Assembly (NCBI RefSeq): GCF_963921235.1
Contig: NC_086097.1
Location: 173,292,001-173,356,000, forward strand
Source of the DNA: Mobula hypostoma
Lineage: Eukaryota
DNA: 64,000 nt
Direction of reading: 5' to 3'
Notes under the pieces: generated by a model
What the model was told of the DNA's origin: nothing
The model's database searches: none
What the model saw: the letters and a program-made list of their open reading frames with translations, nothing else
Position numbers and translations under genes: made by a program
Shown here: positions 12,251-24,202 of the stretch, in pieces
How positions within the stretch are numbered: the stretch's first letter is position 1
How the letters are laid out: the number at the start of each line of letters is the position of its first letter

Positions 12251-15200
12251 TGAACAATGGTTCACAGCTTTTTTTTTGCCTCGATCACAATATGTTTTAA
12301 CATGTCCCCCAAGGCACACAGCGCCCTGAATTAGAAATATATCACCTTTCCTTCTTCATCACTGGGATAAAAATTTGAATTCCTTCCCTAACAGCACAAG
12401 GATTATTGCTGCTCACCAGCACCTTCTCAAGGGCAATTAGGAATGGGCAAATAATTGCTGGCTCAGCTTGTGAGGCCCACATCCCTTGCATGAACAAAAA
12501 CACACATACAGAAAAAGATATTTTCCTACTTTTATGTCTCTTGCCAGTTGAAGCATAGTTAACAGGAAGGGATCATCCAGGTCTCTTCACTCAGCCAGCA
12601 CCCACTTTACCCTTATCTCTGTTCTGACCTCATTGATATCTTAATGTTTTTCTTTATTTCACAAGATGCTCTGTCCAAAATTCAACTGAAAACCAGCATC
12701 AATTAAATTAGATGTTTCAATGGGACTTATCTAAAACACATTTTCAAATTAGTCTTCTGGTCCTGTCAATTCACTTCATTACTGAAAGAAGCACAGAACA
12801 GATCACCACAACTATAATTAATGTCTATGAACACCAATCTTCAAAAAAAAATTTTCCAATGCTAAATACAATTTTCAGAGATGTCTGGGTACATTCTTCA
12901 TGCTATAACTTTTCCAAAAATCTCAGTGAAAACAACTACAGTGAGGTAAAAAGTAGCTTGCTGTTGTCGAAAATCTATTTTGTTTTAGCTTTTATTCCTT
13001 GTTAATATAAACTGCTGTGCTTTCTGCCTGTGCTGAGCTTATAAAAAATAATTCTGGATTTTGTTCAATGCCTACAAAACCTACTTCCAAAAATAATATT
13101 TGAAATTCACTGGTACAGCACTCCTCCAGCTTATCTCTGCTTCACAAAATGGAATGGAGACTTTAAATCCATAAAGTTAATCTCATCTACAGCTTCAATC
13201 TCCTCTAACTCAAACAAGCAATCAGGTTGCAGCCTATTTAAAACATTCTCAGACAGAAAACTAAACAACTTACTTGCTTTTAAACAGTTGGTAAGGCATA
13301 GTAAAGATGCTTTACTTCAGATTTATAGTTTGCTGTTAATATATCACTAAAGTCAGCAAATTCTAAAAATATGGTGAACAATTTGTAGTATTACCTACGT
13401 TAAAGGCAAACAAAAGAAATCCTGCACTGTCCGAGATGACTTTTACATTATTGCTGATTAGTAATCTAATATAATTTAGATAAAATTTCATAAACTACTT
13501 TCAAAGAATATGCTTTCTTGCACACATCATAAAATGACAAACTGTGACAAGCAAAATTACAAAGTCAATTACGTTCATTTAAACACATTTATAGTACTAA
13601 AATACAGAATCCAAGGTTCTTTAAATAAAACCACATTTATATACAGGAAATATGACTTCTTATTGCAAGCAACATACAGCATGTAACACAGCGTAGCATG
13701 TACATGAAGTGTTAGTGATTGTAAAGGGGTCACTTCACAAACAGAACCATTCTTTAGTTTAGGTCTTGATTAACCACAAATGACAGATAATTTGCAGCTT
13801 TATCACCTATTGACATTATGAATTTTGTACAATGTGAGCACATTATTCCATGTCACAGAAAGTTGATTTGATCTGCACGTCTCATGGAATTTTACATTTT
13901 AAACCATGCATTAAGCACTTCACAATTCTGAGCAAAATACTCCATAGAGAAATAATAAATAGAAAAGCTTCCATTTTCCTGAACACATTCTACACAAAAG
14001 ACCCTTTTGTCATATACGGACTGCACTATATCATTATATTTTGACACACATCAGGCATTTAAATTACAGTGAGGCTAAGAAATTATGACAGATAATTAAA
14101 ATTCATGACATAACATGAGGTTAACTCAATTACTTCTCTTGCATATGGATTAGAAGATTTTGGTGCAGAACAGAATACAAATTACAGTATGCAACTTCTA
14201 AAACAATAGACCCACCCATACTTACCTTTTCCCAGCTGGTCTTTAGAGAACAGCTGACAATGTCCTCCTCTCAGGCCAACTTCTATCCACATTCCTTAAC
14301 TCCGGGAGGATTGATATATTGACCCTATCTATGCTCTTCGTGATTTTATACAACTCTAAGATCACCCCTGATTCTCCTAAACCCTCTCAAAAAGTCCAAT
14401 CTGTTTAAACTGTCTCCATAATCCAGTCTACTGAATACTGGCAACATCCTCATAAATGCCCACTACAGTTTGTGCTAGTTGTATGTGGTTGTATCTGATC
14501 TTGCAATCCACTGGTAAACTTTGCACAGGGTGCAGTGGTGGAGTGCAAAAATAATAGGGATCAGAAGGATAACTGACCCAAGCCTGATAGTCAGTTCTCA
14601 TCAGGCTTGGACTAGCTCAGATGTATAATCTGACAAAACAGTGTGGATCAGTTGGAGCTAGACGGGACTCTGCTGGTCTAACTCAACTGAAGTCAACCTG
14701 ATCAGCATCAGATCATGTGCCACCCAGGCACTAGGTGTGTTGGGTCAGATTAGGCATGAGAAACACAAGCAATCAGGTCAAGTATCCATCCAGAATAGCA
14801 CAGACAATTTCAAACCCAAGCAGACCTCTAGGCTAGAGACTTCTTCATCCAGCCACTCAGATTTACACTAACCATGCCTGAACATATGTGGTGTAAATTA
14901 ATTCTTTTTAATAGGGTTGGCCTTGACTGAAAGAAAAGTGGATTCTTCATTTTACTCAAAATCACATACATAATTTTAAAGGAAGAAACATAAGATATCC
15001 TAAAGTTATTTAAATTTATTTCAACTGTCTGTAAGCATGCTTGAAACTGACAAAGTGTTACTAGTTGACGAGGTTAATCCTGGTGCAGCAAGGGTAATCT
15101 TGGCCTCTGAATTCAATAGCTGATTCCTGGTCAATACCTATGGATCGCTGTACTGTATATGACGGCAATGACAACCAGGTCTCCAGGTTTATCTGCATGG

Positions 15201-16349
15201 TCATAATTTCAAGTGCAGCCCTGGGAAAGGTGCAGAAAGACAAGAGTGAACCATGCAAGAAAGGGAAGGAGGAGTGGAACCAGATGGAAGTGATGGACAG
15301 GTGAGAAGAGAATCACATGCTCTTTTTGTCCTGAAAAAGCAGGGAGAATTGTAAAGCATGAAAAACTAAAAATTCAAAACCTGTAATGTCAGCATTTCAA
15401 AAGTATTCATCCCGCTTTGCTCAGTTCTCATTTGAATCACCTCTTGTAGCTATTACAGCCAGTAGTCTCTTTGGATAGCTCTCTATTAGCTTTGCAGAAC
15501 GTGACGAAGCAAGATTTTCCCATTCCTCCTTGCCAAATTGCTCAAGCTGTACCAACTTAGTTGGGGAGCAGGGGTGGACAGCAATCTTGAGGTCTTGCCA
15601 GATATGGTTGATTTGGTTAAGGTCAGGACTCTGACTGGGCCACTCAAGGGCATCAATTTTCTTCATTTGAAGCCACTCCATGGTTATTCTGGCAGTGTGC
15701 TTTGGGTCACTGTCCTGCTGAAAGATGATCTTCCTCCCCAGTTAAAGTTTTCTGGCAGAGGCAAAATCGTTTTATCTATGTATTAAGCAGCATTTATCTT
15801 TCCATTAATCATGACTAGATTTCCAGTCCCTGCTGCTAAAAAGCATCCCCCCCAAACATACTTAACAGTAGGGATGGTGTTACCTGGCTGATGCACAGTA
15901 TTAAGATTTACACCACATGTACCGCTTAGTGTTAAGGCCAAAAAGTTCCACTTCAGTCTCATCCAGCCACAAGGCCGTCTTCCATATCGTTACAGTATCT
16001 TCTAAGTGATGCTTTGCAAAATCTTTAGGAGCAAGGATATGCTTTTTTTTTAGCCAGAGCTTCTTCCTTGCCATTCTTCCATAAATACCCTGTCTATGCA
16101 AGGCCTTAGAGATTGTAGAGCCATGAACTTCATCTCCAGTTGCAGCCACCGACTTCAGCAGCTCACTGAGACTGACTGTTGGCATCACAGTAGCCGCTCT
16201 TACAAGTGCCATCCTTCTCCGTTGACTAAATTTTGGGGAGCAACCTGACCTAGACAATGTGGCTGTGGTTTCATGTTTTTCCACAATGAACTGCACTGAG
16301 CTCCAAGGTATATTCAATGCCTTTTCTTGTACCCTTCCCCAGATTTGTG

Positions 16350-16959
16350 TGTAAGGGGTCTCTTCTTTCATGTTACTTGCTGAGACTAATAAAATGGCTT
16401 CTCTGTAATATCAACTGTTGATGTAAGGGGTTCTCTGTAGCAGCATGTTTGGGTTATAATTAGTGATAACGGGACTTGCATTCATTTGCTAACCAACTGG
16501 GACACATATTATTCTTTCTTGTGCACCTGAAAGCTGTTGTTTGCATGGGATTTGGTCAGAACATGCCATGGGGATGAAGAGAGAAGACGCACATGAAGAG
16601 ATGCTGTAAACTGGCTAGCAGAGCGGACCCCGAGCAGGAGCCCAGCGGAGTTCGGAGGAAATCGAATGGTGGACCGAGGATATTGTGTTAGCTCCAACGA
16701 GTTATTTGTGCACAAACTGTCTAATTATTTTTCTTGGTGCCTTTTTATTTCATATTTTGGTTCTCTATTAATCCCATAGTTATAAGAGTTATAAAATCTG
16801 AATTACTTAACCGCATCCTGTGTACGGCTTGTCATTATGGGGTACTGATTTGAGACAGGGGACACATTGCACAGCATTCACCTAAATGAGAGTTTTAAGG
16901 TTTGGCTGGGCAGGGGGTTATCACCTGAGATCATGTCACTAGGCAAAGCAAGTGTTACA
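16350..16959 (+). repeat. 5' LTR (610 bp)
   Basis: tgtaagggg...gtgttaca; direct repeat of 20356-20898. Confidence 0.92.
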
Positions 16960-16961
16960 TT

Positions 16962-16979
16962 TGGGGGCTCGTCTGGGAT
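16962..16979 (+). promoter_or_regulatory. Primer binding site, tRNA-Pro
   Basis: TGGGGGCTCGTCTGGGAT, 17/18 to the canonical tRNA-Pro PBS TGGGGGCTCGTCCGGGAT, 2 nt after the LTR. Confidence 0.9.
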
Positions 16980-17239
16980 TACGGGTAGGAGCGGGTTCAG
17001 TGGGGTGCATATTCGTACTCAGGAGAAATTGTTCATCGGATTTCGGAGTTTGGGAAAAGCTGAGGGCAAAGTTGAAAGCGTGGCGTGAAGATCTGATAAA
17101 ATGGCGGGCTCAGTCTTTGTTCTAGGTCAGACTAGCGCTGACGTCACGGTGGTGGGACTGCCAGTGTCTATTGGTGAGGCGGGGCCATGGGCTGTCCATA
17201 TTGTCAGGTGTGAGGGGAAAGGGTGGTCGGAATGTTCCA

Positions 17240-17600
17240 GCTATGGCAGGCTCCGCCAGGTTTTTGGAATAATGTCCACCCTTAAAGCGGCGGAGGTGTG
17301 GGCGGAGCAGAGCTCTCAGTTGTTAGGTGAGTAGCAGTGCTAAGCTGAGGGACAGCGACAGGGATTGGTTGGAAGTTTAGATAGACGGGCTGCTGACATT
17401 GTTAGAACTGTCAGGTTCAGTGACCCCATAGTGACAGCTGCCAGTTATCGGCAGGCGCGGGAAAAGGCGTTTGGTTCGACTGGGGGCAAACTGTAGCTCG
17501 GGGTGGAGTTTCTAAACGTGAGTCGGGAGAATGGGGGAAAGCGTTCAGAGTACTTTTTTTAGCAGAGAAACAGCTAAATTGGTTGCAGTGCAGTGGGGGG
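17240..17600 (+). pseudogene. Gypsy gag remnant (PNMA-like capsid)
   Basis: YGRLRQVFGIMSTLKAAEVWAEQSSQLLGE*QC*..RQGLVGSLDRRAADIVRTVR resembles the PNMA-type gag stretch YRRLRVFSG..WLEQ..EWQC..KRRRLVESL.GPALDIVR; contains stops. Confidence 0.6.
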
Positions 17601-17953
17601 GGTCATTCAGCTGATCAGAGAGGTGTCAAGAAACAGAGGAGACTCAGTGGGGGAACTGCCTGGTGTCTCTTGGGGGAACACGTTCCCAGGGTCATGAATC
17701 ATTAGTGCTGATGTGCCTGGACACTGTTGAGATGGGCAGCGTTTCAATTCTGGAGGGGACCACCACCCCGCTGGTGAGGAGGCGCATGGTGGCCTGCCAC
17801 GCGGGTGAGAGCTGTTTGGGGGCATTGTCTGTGCACCCAGTGTTTCGAGCTGCTTGTGAGGACATGCGTAGCAGCATTGGGCCGGTACCGAATTTAAACG
17901 AGAGCCCATGGTAGTATGGCCCAGGTGAAGTATCTGAGGGTGAGACCCTCTTA

Positions 17954-18775
17954 TAGATAGATAGATAGATAGATAGATATACTTTATTGATCCCGAGGGA
18001 AATTGGGTTTCGTTACAGCCGCACCAACCAAGAATAGAGCATAAATATAGCAACACAAAATCCACAAACAATCAAACAACAATATGCAAACTATGCCAGA
18101 TGGAAATAAGTCCAGGACCAGCCTATTGGCTCAGGGTGTCTGACCCTCCACAGGAGAAGCTGCAAAGTTCGATGGTCACAGGCAGGAAGAACCTTCCTTG
18201 ACGCCCAGTGTTGTACCTCGGTGGAATATGGCCAAAGTCCAACAGCAAAAAGTTCAATATCCGGTCTACAAACACATTCCTCGATCGTAATATGACCCGG
18301 ATTGCACTATCCGTTGTTAACCAGAACAGCAAGCCCCCAACTCCTTTAAGCTTACCACTCTCAGTGCACTTCCGGTCAGCCCAAACGGACTAGAAGCCAT
18401 CCATGGAAAAGTTTTGATCGGGTATGTCCTCGTGCAGCCCCATTTCAGGAAAACACATAACACTGCTCTCCCGAAATGTTCTCTGACTCCTGGCTAGCGC
18501 CGTCAACTCGTCCATTTTATTACCCACCAAAATCCTCTTCTCCAGAAGTCTCTGTTGTCTCGACCCGGTCCTCTTTCCTCGCCTTTGTGATCCCCCTTTG
18601 CATCCTCTGTGTGTTTTCCTCCAGATTTTAGCAGTTTTGTCTGCCGCTCTGTTCGCTAAACTGGTTGGCATAAGCGCAATCAGCTGGTCCCTGGAATAAA
18701 CAGTGTGACCATACTGCTGCCCCGCTAATGAGACGTGTCCGAATGTAACTATTAGTGGATGCTCCAACATACCAC
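17954..18775 (-). mobile_element. Internally deleted Rex/Babar-type LINE nested in the Gypsy element
   Basis: (CTAT)n tail after AATAAA; 3' end shared with 27257-27661 (GGSDTLSQ*); 5' part encodes an APE N-terminus (YSRDQLIAL..NKMDEL..VMCFPE..DGF). The 5' boundary is approximate. Confidence 0.75.
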
Positions 18776-18816
18776 GAGGGGAGGGAGACACCTCGGTGAG
18801 AAAGACGTCACGGTGA

Positions 18817-19437
18817 CTGGCCCCTGCAGACGTGGAGGATGCAAGCAGCGTGTGTATAGATTATAGGACTCTGAACAAGCGCACCGTCCCTGAACAGTAT
18901 GAGGTTCCAAGGGTCGAAGATGCACTGGTCTGTCTGATTGGTGCAAAGTGGTTTAAATTACTGGATCTGAGGAGTGGATATTCCCAGATCCCAATGAGTG
19001 AGGCCGACAAGGAGAAGACAGCTGTTATAGGTCCCCTGGGATTCTTCCAGTCCAAAAAGATGTCCCAGGGCATATCCGGAGCCCTTGCAACCTTCTCGTG
19101 GGGCATGGGGAAGACCATGGGGGATGTGGACTTGTGTGGAGTTTTGATGTATTTGGATGATCTCCTAACGTTGGGTTTCGCCTTGGAAGACTATGAAGCG
19201 AGGTGAGTAAGGGATCCCGGGCAACTAGGGGTTAACAAAGTAAAACTTTCTTTGGACGAGTGCCAGGTCTGGAGAAGGACGCAGATTGTGAGTGTTCTGC
19301 GTTCATTTGCGGAAATCTGTGGTTATTATTGGAGAAATTACCCAACGTACCAGTTGAATTTCCTGGCGTTGGAACAGACGACAGTGGCGGAGGAACTGAA
19401 TGACTGTCTCTATGGGATCAAGTTTGAAGTGGAGACA
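18817..19437 (+). pseudogene. Gypsy pol remnant (RT plus RNase H fragment)
   Basis: [61 protein letters not shown]. All in one frame with a stop at 19204-19206. Confidence 0.9.
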
Positions 19438-19449
19438 GAGAAACAGAAT

Positions 19450-19866
19450 TCCGAGCAGAAACTGGAGAAATTGATCCAGAACAAGTTGGACGACTTGCAC
19501 GTTGGGGAAGACAAAGGAAGCTGCCTGAGTAGGGCAAACAGAGAACTGAGAGCACCAAGAGGGGAGTCTGAATACAATTCAGAGGAGGTGAAGCAATGGC
19601 GGACAGATCTCGGAAGAGGGGAGCGGAAGCTTGAAGGAGACCTGAAGATGATCATTGACAGCGTAAATGAAATGGGAAAACTGGAAGTTGAACAGGAAGC
19701 AATCATTAAGAAGAAAGAGCTGGAGATAAGTTCAGAGACCAATAAACTGAAGGAGTCCAAGAAGAAGCTGACGCCTCGATTACAGGAGGCTGAAGAGGCA
19801 GCAAAGGCAGCCCAGGCCAAGTGCTCCAGTTTGAAGAAAGCCAAATAGCAGCTACTGATCGAGGAA
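19450..19866 (+). pseudogene. Captured sarcomeric myosin heavy-chain rod fragments, intron-less (MYH16/MYH7-like)
   Basis: LDDLHVGEDK-36 aa-RKLEGDLKMIIDSVNEM..KKKELEIS aligns without gaps to recalled myosin LDDLQAEEDK-36 aa-RKLEGDLK..KKK(D/E)FE. It is followed by [32 protein letters not shown], matching [32 protein letters not shown]. Confidence 0.85.
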
Positions 19867-20342
19867 ATGGGGAAGAATACGGATTCAAAGGATGATGAGC
19901 TGGATGTGTGGTATCTGCTGCCTTTCGCTAACTTCCCCTCGATTGAGGAAGAGACTTTTGGCCCTTCTCCCACTGAGTCAGGTGTAGTAGGGAGGGATAT
20001 CTGTGGGCAGCCTGGGTTACAGCAGGACCCTAAAGGAAAGGAAGCGGGGGCCTGGAAACGAGATAGGGGGCTCCAAGTTGCAGGGAGCGAGTGATAGGTT
20101 GAGAGAGGATTTGGTAAGTACTCCCGATAGTGTTCGAGCCTGATGAGTTACATGAGGGGATACGTAGGTCTCAGAGGATTAGGAGACTCCTGGATAGGTT
20201 GGCCTATGTAGCACCTGTGGAACAGGGCGTAAGGTCTACTGTTTGGGGAGCGATGTAACTGTTTTTGTACCTGGATTGGATTGGTGGGTTTGCAGGAAGA
20301 TTTGGCAAGTTATATGGATGTCATGAGGACATGACAAAATTT

Positions 20343-20355
20343 GGTGGGGGGAAAG
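20343..20355 (+). promoter_or_regulatory. Polypurine tract
   Basis: ggtggggggaaag immediately before the 3' LTR. Confidence 0.8.
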
Positions 20356-20898
20356 TGTAAGGGGTTTCTTCTTTCAAGTTACTTGCTAAGGCTAATAAAA
20401 TAGCTTCTCTGTTGTGTTATAATAAAATGGCTTCTCAGTAATGTTAACTGCTGATGTAAGGTATTCTCTGTAGCAGCATGTTTAGGTTATAATTAGTGAT
20501 AACGGGACTTATGTTCATTTGCTAACCAATTAGGACAGATGTTATTCTTTCTTGTGTATCTGAAAGCTGTCCTTTGCATGGGATTTGGTCAGAATGCGTC
20601 ATGGGGATGAAGAGAGAAGACGCACATGAAGAGATGCTGCGAGCTGGCTCCGGAGTGGACCCCGAGCGGGGGCTCAGGACCCGGGCAGATTTCGGAAGAA
20701 ATCAAATGGTGGACTGAGGATATTGCGTGAGCTCCAACGAGTAATTTGAGCACGAACTGTCTAATTATCATTCTTGGCGCCTTTTTATTTTATATTTTGG
20801 TTCTCTACTAATCCCATAGTTCAAGTAAGAGTTATAAAATCTTAATTATTTAACCGCATCACCCCGAGATCGTGCCACTAGGCAAAGCGAGTGTTACA
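20356..20898 (+). repeat. 3' LTR (543 bp)
   Basis: Direct repeat of the 5' LTR; lacks about 105 bp after ccgcatc and has a short extra duplicated segment near its start. Confidence 0.92.
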
Positions 20899-22019
20899 TG
20901 TGCTTCTCATTTATGATTTGCTTGACTTGTCTTGAATGCTTTTTGGTTTGGTCCGTTGAAAATCTACCATACTGTTGGACCTTAGAGAGAGACAGAGGCG
21001 ATATGTGTTTTCATGAATTAATTGAAAAAAAGCTGATCCTCCAATTTTCCACATCAACAAATTGGGTGAGTTGCTAAGGTAATATTGTACAATGAACCTG
21101 AGGAAAGTTGGTTTAGTAATTACAAAGGGGATGAATACTTTTTCAGCCTCACAATTTTGGTTTTTAATCTTTAGTAAACTGTTGACAGGTTTTGGAATTT
21201 TTCTTTTGATTCAACATGATGCACAATGTTTTGTAGATAAGCTCAGACAAATCCTGCTTTAAACTAGTTTAAATTTTAAAAATGAGAGAGTAAAATGTGA
21301 AAATAGTTGTGTAGGCTGAATGTTTTTTTAAGGCACTGTATATAAGACGGCCTTTGCCCATCTCAAGGGGATGTTTTCACTGCCTACACAGGAAAGCAGG
21401 AAAATGCAAAGATCCAGACAAGGTGGTGGCAGATCAGTCACACGCTCCAATAAACTTTAACTTGCTATGAATAAGGTTAAAATTGACTCCAAAATGGTTC
21501 CAATTTTAAGAAAACCAGACAGCTTGTACCATGAGAAGTAATGATACAATATTAGTCCTTGTCATCAAAGGAGAAAGACCATAAGGAACAACAAGGAACG
21601 AGGCATACAGCAAAGGTTCCTCTAACACCTCCACAAATAACTTTGTCTCTCAGGTGAACAAAGCTCAGACTTCAGCTGTTTCCTCCCAGTCTCCGGACAG
21701 ATCCATGTAAAACAGAGCAAATCTTACTTAAGCAATAAATAATCAATTTATTTAACAAATGATTGGTTAATAAATAACCTCGTGTCTCTACTTTTACTCA
21801 ACACGACTGTAAAGACAGCAGTACTCAAGAGAGAAACTGAGATAAGTGAAAAGATATTCCCTTATGATGGTGCTGGTGAATCAAAACAATATGCTGCATG
21901 CTGCTTACCAAGTACTTTTGAAATGTCTTAATGAACTAGCGATTTCACAACCTTATGAAGGCTTCGGTTGACTTAATTTGCACATATACAGGTACCATAT
22001 AAGTGGATAAATGTACATC

Positions 22020-24202
22020 GCCACGGCTGGAAGAGGGGAGGACTGCAAGCCAGGCTGAAACAGAGAGGAATGAAGTTCCATCTACCCAGCATCTTGTTAG
22101 CAAATGCAAAGTGACTGAAGAACAATATTGCTGTATTGGAGGGAAATGAGGAATTGCTTTTTTCTGTGCTCCACAGATACATGGCTCATGCTGGACATGC
22201 AAAAAATGTCTGTGAGATCCCAGGGCTTCGCGATACACAGGTGGACCAGACTGTTGATTCAGAGAAGGCAAAGTGTGGGAGGCCAATTTTGGGAGGTTAT
22301 GATAAACTCTTTGTGGTGTTTGGACGCAGCGGTGTTGTCACAGTCTTGTTACCCTAACCTGGAGCATATGATGATTAAGTGCTAACTGTTCTACTTACCA
22401 AGAGAGATTTCCGCCATGATCCCGATCACAGTTTACATACCACCAAAGTCAAACATTAAACAAGCACTTGTGTATTGTCTGCCATGATAAGAAAAAAAGA
22501 AACAGCTACCCCGATACCTTTTAAATCATTGTCAGGGACTCCAATCAGGCTGGTTTGAAGAAAACTCTGCCCAATTATCATCAACACCAAGAGTCCCAAT
22601 ACAGTTACCACTGTTACAGTCAGACATCCTACACTGCAAAAACTCATTTCAGGGAGGTAGCACACCTACCTCCCGCAACCCTATATACACCCACCCCCGG
22701 TCGACCTCCAAGGGCGCATGTATATGGGACACTTGATTACGAAAGAACACAATTTATTTGACACATATTGAAACTATTTACACACACATTATATATATAT
22801 CCTTTGCTGAGTAGCTTTTCCATTTCTTTTGCAAACTTTCCTTGTACTGTGATGTGGTTCTGCTGAAAAGAACTGTGAAATACTTGAGCAGCCTTCCCTG
22901 CGATTAGCCTCCCTAATGTGTTGTGGTCCCTAAAAGAAATAAAAGCATAAGGTGTATCTTTATTATATTGTCTTATGTAATACTTCATTTAGTGATTTTG
23001 TCTAATCTGTAAACCGATCTGTAATCTGTAAACTGGGTATATGCAGAAAATGTGACATTAAAATATGTACTTACTTATTATCATGGAGTCGTTTTTAATT
23101 CTATTACAACTTTAAGCACGTCTACAGGGAGCTTGGCCTCATCACGTAGGACAATAGAGTAGCTCCTTAGCAGCTAGCCAGCTAGTTTAAATAACATTAG
23201 CTATGCTAATGAATGAATGACACATGTTAAACTCACCCCAACATGTTTTTTACAGTCCTAACCCATCATGGGCAATAGAAAAGTCACTGTTGCAAACAGT
23301 GCAGCGAGCAACACTGTCATTATTTTTGACCCCTGTTAGGCAGGGGTACACTTTAGTGTAGTCTGGGGTGAAGTGTGTTTTATATTTTCTTTTTTTGAAA
23401 CACTCTGCCATGGTGGTGCAGGACACTAAAATGAACTGATGGAGAGACAGAGGTCGACTGTAAAGCCTGCCCACACAGAAAACTGATAGGTCTACTTATC
23501 ACGAAGAGAGACCAATCAGGATGCTCGCTCCTGCTCTCACTCCTGCTTACCCTCTGATTTCCGGGATATTGTATATAATTTGCGGGCATCAGGGAGCTGC
23601 TATTAATATGCGGGAGACTCCTGGAACTTCCGGGAGAGGTGGGATGTCTGCACACCATAATTAGGAATGCCTGCCACTCAATATCTAAACTGCATTTCTG
23701 AAAATCTGATCACTTACAGATAGGAGATAAAGAGCCAGGCTCCAAAGAAAAGGAGAGGAAGACTGAGGAGCGGTCACAGGTTTGCTTTGAGTCTGTACAC
23801 TAGGCCATGTTCAAGGACTCATGAGAAGATCTGAACAATATACCATTGTTGTTATGGATTTTACAAAAACAGTCACAGACAAGTTCATCTCCACAAAATC
23901 ATTCAACCTTCCCTAACCAGAAGCCCCGGATGAATCATGAGATCCGCAATCTGCTGAGGGCCAGATCAGTGGCATTCAGGTCTGGCAACCAAGTTAAATA
24001 TGGAGTCCAGGTTTGATCTCCGGAAAGCCATCTCATGTGCAAAGTGGCAATTCTGGACCAAGCTTGAATCACTGAAGGATACTCCACAGCTGTGTCACTA
24101 CCTGAATGCTGCCACCTCCTACAGAGTGAACTCAAGCAACATAGGTAACAACAAAGCTTTGCTCCCAGGTGAGCTCAATGCACTTCATGCTCACTTTGAC
24201 CA
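22020..24202 (+). mobile_element. Rex/Babar-type LINE (APE region) interrupted by a DNA transposon
   Basis: GRRGGLQARLKQRG..LPSILLANA APE start; FPNQKPRMN..IRNLL; ELNALHAHFD. Confidence 0.7.
22621..23650 (-). mobile_element. Non-autonomous DNA transposon (hAT-like) with a BED-type zinc-finger remnant
   Basis: Inverted termini cagacatcctac / gtgggatgtctg; ORF 23250-23474 (KKRKYKTHF..YPCL..ARCTVCNSDFSIAHDG). No clean TSD. Confidence 0.6.

Larger units (their letters stand above)
16350..20898 (+). mobile_element. Gypsy/Ty3 LTR retrotransposon, internally deleted, with captured myosin sequence
   Basis: Two TG..CA LTRs, 4-bp TSD TGTG (16346-16349 and 20899-20902), PBS, PPT, and gag, RT and RNase H remnants. 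No integrase core is visible. Confidence 0.93.
15340..21338 (-). mobile_element. Tc1-like DNA transposon (IR/DR type), inactive, split by the Gypsy insertion
   Basis: Right terminus CAGTGCCTT (minus strand) flanked by TA at 21339-21340; AAAAGTATTCATCCC repeat near both ends; transposase remnants LDETEVELF and WPSQSPDLNQIN (catalytic E lost). Removing 16350-20902 restores EKHKSGEGYKK. The left outer end is not recognisable. Confidence 0.85.

Noticed and set aside
19252..19848. 198-aa ORF as a host myosin gene or exon
   Set aside because: It lies between two LTRs, is fused to RNase H motifs, joins non-adjacent rod segments and ends at a premature stop, so it is captured sequence rather than a host gene.
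19410..19973. 187-aa Ser/Phe/Leu-rich minus-strand ORF
   Set aside because: Antisense shadow of the Glu/Lys-rich myosin frame; no independent evidence.
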